Assembly (NCBI GenBank): GCA_030833315.1
Contig: JAURHM010000001.1
Location: forward strand, 50,233 to 114,232
DNA from: Burkholderiales bacterium
GTDB taxonomy: Bacteria; Pseudomonadota; Gammaproteobacteria; Burkholderiales; SG8-41
Direction of reading: 5' to 3'
Length of the DNA: 64,000 nucleotides
A program made the position numbers and the translations under genes. Below the pieces are notes generated by a model. That model did no database searches and had not been told where the DNA came from. It saw only the letters and a list, made by a program, of their open reading frames with translations. This document shows, piece after piece, positions 1 to 8,204 of the stretch (within the stretch, counting starts at the first letter, position 1; the number at the start of each line of letters is the position of its first letter).

Positions 1-2
1 AG

Positions 3-1568
3 CGGGCGCTGCTACTGGAGCCTGAAAACCCAGTTATCACCGCCGCTCTGGCAGCCACTCACCTGCAACAAGGCAACCTGGGCGATGCACGCCACTACGC
101 CAAACAGGCAATCCATACCGATCCAAAGCTGCCCACTCCCTATCGAGTGCTTGCGGATACTTTTTTTTTCCAAAAAGAGCTCGCTGAAGCCATTGTAACG
201 CTCGAACAAGGCTACGCACAGACCGGCGACAGTCTGTTGCTTGGCATGCTAGCCGCAGAACTGCGCCGGACGTGTCAGTGGGATAAATGGTTACTGATTT
301 GGCCGGAAATTCATGCCCGACTAGACGGTAAAACCGCGTTGGGCAGCCCTTTTGCATTGCTTGCACAACCCACAACGGCCGAGCAGCAACTCAGCTATGC
401 AAAACACTGGGCATCCAGATTCCCTGTCCATGCTGCGGCGATTCCCGTTGTAAAGAGCTCTTTGCGGGAGGGAAAACGATTACGCATTGGATATCTTTCC
501 AGAGATTTTCACGAACATGCAGTCGCCTATCTGATAGCGGAAATCCTAGAACTGCATGACCGCACTAAATTTGAAATTTTCGCCTATTCATACGGTCCGG
601 AAGACCACAGCCCCATGCGCGCGCGACTTCGCGCGGCATGTGAGCATTTCATCGACATCGCATGGGATCCAGACGATATCGCTGATCGCCGCATCAGGGA
701 TGACCAGCTCGATATTCTGGTCGATCTCACGGGTTACACCATGGGTTCACGCACGGGGCTGCTCGCGGCTCGCCCCTGCCCGATCCAGATCAACTGGTTG
801 GGTTACCCCGGAACCATGGGGGCACATTTTATTGATTATGTCATTGCCGACCCGGTAATCATTCCGCCAGACATGGAAACGTTTTACAGCGAGCGGATCT
901 TACGGCTGCCGCACACATACCAGCCCAATGACCGCCAGCGCACCATAGCGGAGGCTCTTTCACGCCCCGAGTACGGCCTGCCCGAGAACGCCTTCGTATT
1001 CTGCTGTTTCAACCAGACCTTCAAGATCAGCCCGGAAATTTTCGCCTGCTGGATGCGTATTCTGCAGCGCTTCGACACCGCTGTGTTGTGGCTATTGGAT
1101 GACAATCCGATCGCAACTCAAAATCTGCGTACAGCGGCAATTGCGCATAATGTAGCACCTGAGCGCCTGGTGATCGCCCCGCGCCTGCCCTTACCCCTCC
1201 ACCTCGCACGCTATCGCGTTGCCGATCTTGCTCTGGACACTTCCCCCTATGCCTCACACACCACGGCCAGTGATGCGTTGTGGTGTGGCTGCCCGCTGGT
1301 CGCCTTGCGCGGTGAGACGTTTCCGGCGCGCGTCTCCGCCAGCATTCTCACTGCATGCGGACTGCCGGACCTGATCACTGATTCCATCGCGATTTACGAA
1401 CAGAAAATATGCGAGCTGGCTGCATCTCCCGAGGATCTTAGCAACATCAAGAGACGTATCATCGCCGCTCATGATAGTACGCCTTTGTTTGATGCCATTG
1501 CGTTCACGCACGACCTTGAGGCGCTTTTCCTCGACATACACTCAGGCACCACCGGCGTTACCCCATAA
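3..1568 (+). CDS. TPR-repeat protein with C-terminal O-GlcNAc-transferase-like (GT41/SPINDLY-type) glycosyltransferase domain; 5' end outside window
   Basis: Frame is open from the window edge into track ORF 147..1568. The N-terminal part reads as TPR helices (LEPENPVITAALAATHLQQGNLGDARHYAKQAI). The C-terminal half has GT41-like blocks (RIGYLSRDFHEHAV, FCCFNQTFKISPE, LDTSPYASHTTASDALWCGCPLV). Confidence 0.8.
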   Translation, partial: RALLLEPENPVITAALAATHLQQGNLGDARHYAKQAIHTDPKLPTPYRVLADTFFFQKELAEAIVTLEQGYAQTGDSLLLGMLAAELRRTCQWDKWLLIWPEIHARLDGKTALGSPFALLAQPTTAEQQLSYAKHWASRFPVHAAAIPVVKSSLREGKRLRIGYLSRDFHEHAVAYLIAEILELHDRTKFEIFAYSYGPEDHSPMRARLRAACEHFIDIAWDPDDIADRRIRDDQLDILVDLTGYTMGSRTGLLAARPCPIQINWLGYPGTMGAHFIDYVIADPVIIPPDMETFYSERILRLPHTYQPNDRQRTIAEALSRPEYGLPENAFVFCCFNQTFKISPEIFACWMRILQRFDTAVLWLLDDNPIATQNLRTAAIAHNVAPERLVIAPRLPLPLHLARYRVADLALDTSPYASHTTASDALWCGCPLVALRGETFPARVSASILTACGLPDLITDSIAIYEQKICELAASPEDLSNIKRRIIAAHDSTPLFDAIAFTHDLEALFLDIHSGTTGVTP

Positions 1569-1596
1569 AAAAACGGGCGCCGAAGCGCCCGTTTTA
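1569..1596. terminator. bidirectional rho-independent terminator between convergent genes
   Basis: Hairpin ACGGGCGC-CGAA-GCGCCCGT preceded by an A-run and followed by a T-run. It lies between the stop codons at 1566-1568 (+) and 1619-1621 (-). Confidence 0.8.
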
Positions 1597-1618
1597 ACGA
1601 TCTTACTGCCTTAGATGC

Positions 1619-2785
1619 TTAGAAGCGGTGGCTAACGTGGAGACCGTAGGCTTTCTGATCCTTACCGACAGTCGAGGCGTTGTTACCCAATGCATAGCCA
1701 GCGTTGAGATCATTGTTGATCCGGGTATATCCAACCCTCGCGGTGGTACGGTTAGACAACTGGTTCACATACCAAAGTGAAATCTGGTTACCGCCGGTGT
1801 CGGCGCCCGGAGCTTTCACGCCTTGACGGCTGGTGCCTTGGACCGCGGCACCATTACCCTTGGTGTCTCCGGCCACAGCATACTGGCCCTCAATGCTATG
1901 CGGGCCACTCAGTTTGTAGCTCGAGCCGATGGTGTAGGTCTTTTTCTTGGTGGTACCGGTGGCACTAGTCTCATATTCGGCATCGAGCATGGTTGCACCG
2001 ACTTTGAGATTTCCTACGGTGTAGGAAACCGCAAGACCGACAGCCGTGTCATCACCCTCGAATTTACCCTGGCCGGCGAAATTCTTGTGAATTTCGTAAG
2101 CTACCGCAGCTTGCAGTGGGCCAGCGCTGTAAATACCCGCAAAAGACATCACACGCGGCTTCGCACCTGTGGTGCCGGAGGCCTGGTCAATGCCGCCTTT
2201 GCCATCCGTAATGCCAGCGTGAAGCGTTAATCCGCCAAAGCTGTTCGAATCGAAGTTGGTGATGGAGGTTTCACGACGCTTCCAACGTGCACGGCTGTTA
2301 GAGGTCTGGTCTGCAGCCGCTTGATCATTAGCACCATTCGCATCGGCACCTCCCGATCCACCGAAGGCCAGGAACGATGCGCCCAGTGCGCCGGTTTCCG
2401 TGGCGCCAACCGTGCCAACATTCAGGGCGCGCTTGAAGGGGGTATCCCAGCGGCCGTGATAGATGTTACCGAAACCGCCCTTGAAACCGATCGCGCTGTT
2501 TCGGCTGCAAAAACCTACCTGATCGACGCCGCGGACGTCAGCAGAGGTTTCGCACTGGAACCATGCCGACAGGCCGCCGCCTAATTTCTCCTCGCCTCTG
2601 AAACCAATGGCCGAACCGCCGGGCACATCGGACTGATCCGAGCTTACGCGTCCCGGGATGCTGGTAAACGCATATTCCATGGTAATGTTTCCGTACAGAT
2701 TAACGCTGCTTGTTGCCTGGGCTAAGGCCGACAGCGGAGTTGCCGCGATGCTTGCAACCGCAACGGCGATCAGTTTTTTGTTCAT
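1619..2785 (-). CDS. outer-membrane general porin (Gram-negative porin family)
   Basis: Signal peptide MNKKLIAVAVASIAATPLSALA. Gly/Ser/Thr-rich alternating beta-strand pattern. C-terminal ...GLHVSHRF ends in Phe. AGGAGA ribosome-binding site just upstream of the ATG. Confidence 0.85.
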   Translation of the reverse strand: MNKKLIAVAVASIAATPLSALAQATSSVNLYGNITMEYAFTSIPGRVSSDQSDVPGGSAIGFRGEEKLGGGLSAWFQCETSADVRGVDQVGFCSRNSAIGFKGGFGNIYHGRWDTPFKRALNVGTVGATETGALGASFLAFGGSGGADANGANDQAAADQTSNSRARWKRRETSITNFDSNSFGGLTLHAGITDGKGGIDQASGTTGAKPRVMSFAGIYSAGPLQAAVAYEIHKNFAGQGKFEGDDTAVGLAVSYTVGNLKVGATMLDAEYETSATGTTKKKTYTIGSSYKLSGPHSIEGQYAVAGDTKGNGAAVQGTSRQGVKAPGADTGGNQISLWYVNQLSNRTTARVGYTRINNDLNAGYALGNNASTVGKDQKAYGLHVSHRF

Positions 2786-2934
2786 TAGTCTCTCCTAATC
2801 TTTTTAAAAAAGGGATTTTCAACCACGTCAATCCCGATGCAGTCCGTAATATCGATCTATACTTTTCATGGACTGCTCGTATCCTTGCGCACTTAGCACG
2901 GTTCAATCAACTGTTATCCGTTTTTAAACCCATC

Positions 2935-3008
2935 AAAAGAACTCTTTGTTGCCTTTTTGCAACATTGAAGGAAAAGTACTCTTTGTTGCCTTTTTGCAAC
3001 AGTGAAAG
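2935..3008. repeat. tandem duplication of a 37-bp unit with palindromic core, in the porin / ykgJ-like divergent region
   Basis: Units 2935-2971 and 2972-3008 are identical at 34/37 positions. The 24-nt core ACTCTTTGTTGCCTTTTTGCAACA is exact (2941-2964, 2978-3001). Each unit contains GTTGC-N6-GCAAC. Confidence 0.9.
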
Positions 3009-3242
3009 CTGTCGTATGAGATTCCGGTTCTGAGATCCAGACAAGCATATTTTGTGAAGCAACTGACCACCAAGCACCAGGGGTTAAGCTGAACAACCTT
3101 ATTGATGGTTCTAATTGCGATAGCCTTGACACCATCGAAGATACAACCCAGGCAGATCCAGAAATAATACCCATACAAAACAATATGTTAAAAAATATTT
3201 TTGACGGTTCTCATTCATGCCAAGTAATTGAGGTTTTTTGAA

Positions 3243-3740
3243 ATGGGGCGCTCAGATTCCCCCCGTTCATGCCAAAACTGCACAGCCTGTTGCGACGGAT
3301 GGCTGAGAATCACCATCCAAGGACAAGCCGTCTACCCCGGCAAGAAATGTCCTTTTAGCACCGGCACGGGCTGCAGTGACTACCCAAACAGGCCCATCCA
3401 GCCTTGCAGGCAATTTGACTGTGGCTGGCTTATCAAAGGCAGCCCTCTGCCGGACTGGATGCGCCCGGATACGGCAAAAGTCATCGTGCTTTTCAATGAA
3501 TTGGTTTTTAGCGGCATCCCAATTGATGTTGCTGTACCTGTCGGCAGACGCATTCCGCCTCGCGCGCTGCAATGGCTGAAGTATTTTGCAGAGCGCGAAC
3601 GGCGAGTGTTGATTTATTCCGAGCAAATCGTGGCGAACAAATCATTCACCGGGGAACAATCCATTGCGGCATTTGGCCCGCCCGAACTGTCGAGGTTCAT
3701 GCCCGAGATCATTGAAAACTACATTTCGAAAAACATGTAA
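3243..3740 (+). CDS. YkgJ-family cysteine-cluster (CxxCxxCC) protein
   Basis: SCQNCTACCDGWL motif plus further Cys pairs (KKCPF, GCSDY, PCRQFDCGWL). ATG at 3243 has GAGG 9 nt upstream. The track ORF starts at TTG 3228. Confidence 0.7.
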   Translation: MGRSDSPRSCQNCTACCDGWLRITIQGQAVYPGKKCPFSTGTGCSDYPNRPIQPCRQFDCGWLIKGSPLPDWMRPDTAKVIVLFNELVFSGIPIDVAVPVGRRIPPRALQWLKYFAERERRVLIYSEQIVANKSFTGEQSIAAFGPPELSRFMPEIIENYISKNM

Positions 3741-4430
3741 ATGACTGCCATCATTCCTGTATTCATTGGCTTCGATTTACGCGAGGCAATCGCCTACAAC
3801 GTGCTGGCCTACAGCATTCATCATCGATCATCACTGCCGGTATCGGTGACACCGTTGATTCTGTCGCAATTGCAGGGTGTTTTTCATCGCGAGCGGCATC
3901 CGCTACAGTCGACTGATTTTTCCTTCTCGCGCTTTCTGACGCCTTACCTGTCCGGCTTCGGCGGCTGGTCGGTGTTCATGGACTGCGACATGCTGGTACT
4001 CGACGATATTGCCAAACTGTGGGCGCTGCGCGATGACCGGTATGCGGTGATGGTGATCAAACATGATCATGTGCCCAAGGAAGAACGCAAATTCCTCAAT
4101 GAGCCGCAAACCAAATATCAGAAAAAAAACTGGTCCAGCGTGATGCTGCTCAACAACGCACGCTGCAAGGCGCTGACGCCCGAATACGTCAACACCGCCA
4201 CGGGTCTTGAACTGCATCAGTTCAAGTGGCTGGGCGATGACGGCCTGATCGGCGACCTGCCCAAGCGCTGGAACCACCTCGTTGCTTACGATGAGCCGCG
4301 TGCGGACGCCGCCCTGGTGCATTACACGCTGGGCGGCCCCTACTTTGATGAATTCCGCGACTGCGAATACTCGAAAGAATGGTTTGCCGAGCGTGACGCC
4401 ATGCTGCATGCCGGCGTCAAGACGCGCTGA
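3741..4430 (+). CDS. glycosyltransferase, GT8-like fold with DxD motif
   Basis: ATG immediately follows the upstream TAA. Blocks FSFSRFLTPYL, VFMDCDMLVLDDIAKLW and VHYTLGGPYF resemble retaining GT8-type transferases. Confidence 0.55.
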   Translation: MTAIIPVFIGFDLREAIAYNVLAYSIHHRSSLPVSVTPLILSQLQGVFHRERHPLQSTDFSFSRFLTPYLSGFGGWSVFMDCDMLVLDDIAKLWALRDDRYAVMVIKHDHVPKEERKFLNEPQTKYQKKNWSSVMLLNNARCKALTPEYVNTATGLELHQFKWLGDDGLIGDLPKRWNHLVAYDEPRADAALVHYTLGGPYFDEFRDCEYSKEWFAERDAMLHAGVKTR

Positions 4431-4509
4431 GCAGCGAATTCAGATTATTTCGCCGCTAGACCCTCGAGCCACGGGCGCCAGTTCGGCGTCTTCACGGCCG
4501 GGTTCAAAC

Positions 4510-5508
<999 letters not shown>

Positions 5509-5522
5509 TGTTATTTCCTCCT

Positions 5523-5536
5523 GGTAAGCGGTAAGC
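5523..5536. repeat. left arm of 14-nt inverted repeat enclosing the four-helix-bundle ORF (also a GGTAAGC x2 tandem)
   Basis: GGTAAGCGGTAAGC is the reverse complement of 6040-6053 (GCTCACCGCTTACC) at 13/14 positions. The mismatch is a G-U pair in the minus-strand RNA. The arm abuts the AGGAGG of the reductase gene. Confidence 0.75.
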
Positions 5537-5574
5537 AAAGGGACCTCGAACCGCGGCATCTGTTCTGCTTTTCT

Positions 5575-5602
5575 GCTGACTGCTTACTGCTGACTGCTTA
5601 CT
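5575..5602. repeat. perfect tandem 14-mer GCTGACTGCTTACT x2
   Basis: Read directly at 5575-5588 and 5589-5602. It overlaps the stop codon (5598-5600) of the four-helix-bundle ORF. Confidence 0.9.
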
Positions 5603-6002
5603 GTTCACTGCCGGCCACAGCCCCCGTTTTCCGATGCAATCCGGTGATCAGACGAGAAACTTTCTCCAGCAGCAGAAAAACACCCTGATCCGGTGGAAGA
5701 TATCCAAGATCCGCCGCAATCAACAATTGCGTTTCCATCTCGCTCAATGAGCCGCGGGCAATACCCGGAAATCGGGCAAACTCTCTTGGACCATCCCTAC
5801 CGGCACCCTCAGCCAGATTGCTCGGCACCGAAACTGCCGCGCGTCTCAATTGCGAAGTCAGTCCGTAGATTTCTTCCTTGGGAAACAGACGAGTCAGATC
5901 ATAGACCATGCGCACCAGTGCCATGGAATCCTGCCACGCCTGTAATCGGTGGTGCGGTTTGGGAGATCCCACCGGGAATCCTTTGACGGCTCGATCTCCC
6001 AA
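5598..6002 (-). CDS. four-helix-bundle protein (23S rRNA intervening-sequence protein / Avd family)
   Basis: HHRLQAWQDSMALVRMVYDLTRLFPKEEIYGLTSQLRRAAVSVPSNLAEGAGR...ARGSLSEMETQLLIA matches the family signature. Start uncertain (TTG 6002 or an internal GTG). Confidence 0.8.
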   Translation of the reverse strand: MGDRAVKGFPVGSPKPHHRLQAWQDSMALVRMVYDLTRLFPKEEIYGLTSQLRRAAVSVPSNLAEGAGRDGPREFARFPGIARGSLSEMETQLLIAADLGYLPPDQGVFLLLEKVSRLITGLHRKTGAVAGSEQ

Positions 6003-6029
6003 AAAACGCCGACCACCACCCCACGGTTT

Positions 6030-6057
6030 ACCGCTTGCGGCTCACCGCTTACCGCTC
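6030..6057. repeat. imperfect tandem 14-mer (ACCGCTTGCGGCTC / ACCGCTTACCGCTC) containing the right arm of the inverted repeat (6040-6053)
   Basis: 12/14 identity between units. On the minus strand the units read like the 5575-5602 units (RGTAAGCRGTSAGC). Confidence 0.75.
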
Positions 6058-6061
6058 ACTC

Positions 6062-6751
6062 TTACTTGGCGTAAGTGACAGTCAGGTCGCCGACACCTTC
6101 CACATAACCTTCCAGCTTGTCGCCGGGTTTGATCGGGCCGACGCCGGCGGGGGTGCCGGACATGATGATGTCGCCGGGGCGCAGCGTGATCAGGTGCGAG
6201 AGGTAGGAAATAGTTTCCGGAACGTTCCAGATCAGTTCCGACAGATCGCCCTTCTGCTTCACTTCACCATTCACCTTCAGCCAGATCGCGCCTTTCGCCG
6301 GGTGGCCGACCATCGCCACCGTTTTCAGCGCGGTGCACGGTGCGGAGTTGTCGAAGGCTTTGCCCATTTCCCAGGGCCGGCCCATTTTTTTGGCTTCGCC
6401 CTGCAGGTCGCGGCGGGTCATATCGAGGCCGACGCCGTAACCGAACACGTGATCCAGGGCTTTTTCCACCGGAATGTTGGCGCCGCCCTTGCCGATGGCA
6501 ACGATCATCTCGATTTCGTGGTGCACATCCTTGGTCATCTGCGGATAGGGAATGGTCGCGCCGTTCTGCACGATGGCATCCGCCGGCTTCATGAAGAAAA
6601 ACGGCGGCTCGCGGTCCGGGTCATGGCCCATCTCGCGCGCGTGCTCGGCATAGTTGCGGCCAACGCAGTAAATGCGGCCGACGGGAAAGGCTTTGCTGCT
6701 CTCAACCACCGGCAGGGTGACGACACCGGCGAAATCAATGACATAACTCAT
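6062..6751 (-). CDS. fumarylacetoacetate hydrolase (FAH) family protein
   Basis: GRIYCVGRNYAEHAREMG, FFMKPADAIV, EIEMIVAIGKGG and PGDIIMSGTPAGVGP blocks typical of FAH-family hydrolases/isomerases. Confidence 0.9.
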   Translation of the reverse strand: MSYVIDFAGVVTLPVVESSKAFPVGRIYCVGRNYAEHAREMGHDPDREPPFFFMKPADAIVQNGATIPYPQMTKDVHHEIEMIVAIGKGGANIPVEKALDHVFGYGVGLDMTRRDLQGEAKKMGRPWEMGKAFDNSAPCTALKTVAMVGHPAKGAIWLKVNGEVKQKGDLSELIWNVPETISYLSHLITLRPGDIIMSGTPAGVGPIKPGDKLEGYVEGVGDLTVTYAK

Positions 6752-6821
6752 CTTCTTTTCCTTAGGTAAATGAATCTGCGAAACGGGATCGGTAGGGATC
6801 TGTAAAAACAGCCTGGAAAGT

Positions 6822-7442
6822 TTATTTCTTGAAAATCGATGACTTCAGTACTCTGCGCAATATCCCCGCGTTATAGGGGTTCGGCGCTGCAGCAGGCTCC
6901 TCCGCCGGGAATGTGTCCGCTTTGCGCTGGACGACAATCCAGAAGCCCTGGGGCATGGACTGAAAAACCTTTAACTCAAAACGGCTCATGAATTTGGGCA
7001 GCCACCACGACGCGGGTTCCTGGATCAGATGCGCATTACGGCCATCCGGCAAAATCTTCACTGCCGGACCCGTGTGCACCGTAAAAAATCCGCGATCCAG
7101 GGTGACGCGCCGCAAGTCATCCAGCACGTTATCCAGCAACTCGGGTTCGATGTGTTCCAATACATCGATACAGGTCACAAAAGGTGCGGGTTGCGGCGTC
7201 GCCGACCATTCCGGGCGAGAAGGCTCGTAGTGACGGATCTGCGGCGGATTCAGCATCAGGGTCTGCAAGGTCTCGCCGAGACGGCCCTTGCCCGCGCCGT
7301 AGTCGAGCAATTCGGTCGAGCCGACCTGTTTGAGGATCTCAGCGACGGTCGGCGCATACTGAACCGAGGCTACCCCGTAATTGGGGTTCTGATGCAGGGC
7401 GGCCTGCATTTGCCGGTATTCTTCAGTAATCAGGGTGCTCAT
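6822..7442 (-). CDS. class I SAM-dependent methyltransferase
   Basis: Motif I LLDYGAGKGRLG and CIDVLEHIEPE. ATG at 7442 (MSTLITEEY). The track ORF starts at TTG 7460. Confidence 0.75.
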   Translation of the reverse strand: MSTLITEEYRQMQAALHQNPNYGVASVQYAPTVAEILKQVGSTELLDYGAGKGRLGETLQTLMLNPPQIRHYEPSRPEWSATPQPAPFVTCIDVLEHIEPELLDNVLDDLRRVTLDRGFFTVHTGPAVKILPDGRNAHLIQEPASWWLPKFMSRFELKVFQSMPQGFWIVVQRKADTFPAEEPAAAPNPYNAGILRRVLKSSIFKK

Positions 7443-7463
7443 GATGTCGGGGATCCGCAATTA

Positions 7464-7477
7464 ACCGGCTAGCCGGT
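7464..7477. promoter_or_regulatory. perfect 14-bp palindrome ACCGGCTAGCCGGT (candidate operator/hairpin) next to the methyltransferase start
   Basis: Self-complementary over all 14 positions. Located in the 205-bp divergent region 7461-7665. Confidence 0.35.
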
Positions 7478-7665
7478 CGGCAGGACACCGGAGTTTAATG
7501 AACCCCGGGCTCCAGTTCAAATTATTGCTCCCGGGGAAAACCGCCGTTTCGCCGCATTCGGGCCGGCCGGTGGGAGACCCCGCGTAGTAGACTGCCGCCG
7601 ACAGAATGCATGTAAGCGAGCCTCCCCTTAAAGAACCGGGCTCCCCGTTCTGACGATCATCCTTC

Positions 7666-8097
7666 TTGTGCAGCAATCGGTCTGATACAACACATTCCAC
7701 CTTGGACGTATCCATCACTCTCGGCACTCTGTTCGCCAGCAGTTTTCTCGCCGCAACCCTGCTGCCGGGCGGGTCCGAGGCCGTGCTGTTTGCCGTGCTC
7801 AAACTGCATCCCGAGCAGTTCTGGCTGGCGCTGGGCGTGGCCACGCTGGGCAATACGCTGGGCGGACTGTCGTCCTATCTGCTCGGCCGGCTGATTCCGC
7901 AGACCAAACCGCTCAAAGGGCTGGCCACGGTGCAACGCTGGGGCAGCCCGGCACTGCTGCTGTCCTGGGCGCCGCTGCTTGGCGATCCGCTGTGCGTCGC
8001 GGCCGGCTGGCTGCGGCTCAATCTCTGGTGGTCGACGCTGTTCATCGCCATTGGCAAATTCGGACGCTACTGGGTCATCGCCGCACTGGTTACATGA
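7666..8097 (+). CDS. YqaA-family (DedA/SNARE-associated-like) inner-membrane protein
   Basis: FASSFLAATLLPGGSEAVLFAVL..., SWAPLLGDPLCVAAGWLRL. No in-frame ATG; TTG 7666 or TTG 7702 are the possible starts. Confidence 0.7.
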   Translation: MCSNRSDTTHSTLDVSITLGTLFASSFLAATLLPGGSEAVLFAVLKLHPEQFWLALGVATLGNTLGGLSSYLLGRLIPQTKPLKGLATVQRWGSPALLLSWAPLLGDPLCVAAGWLRLNLWWSTLFIAIGKFGRYWVIAALVT

Positions 8098-8204
8098 AGC
8101 CTGTGCTGCATTGCGCTAATATGCTGTTTCTTCAGGAATTCCTATCAGCGCGCGCGGCGACCCGCCGCTGATCATCGCTGATTTTTCATCTTCCGCTTCC
8201 CGCA

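Noticed and set aside
3161-3190. Possible fourth, degenerate copy of the A/T-only module (GAAATAATACCCATACAAAACAATATG)
   Set aside because: About 19/30 ungapped matches in an already AT-rich intergenic region. This is not distinguishable from background.
5598-6002. Possibility that the four-helix-bundle gene marks a diversity-generating retroelement
   Set aside because: No reverse transcriptase, template/variable repeat pair or target gene anywhere in the window. Treated as a solitary cassette instead.
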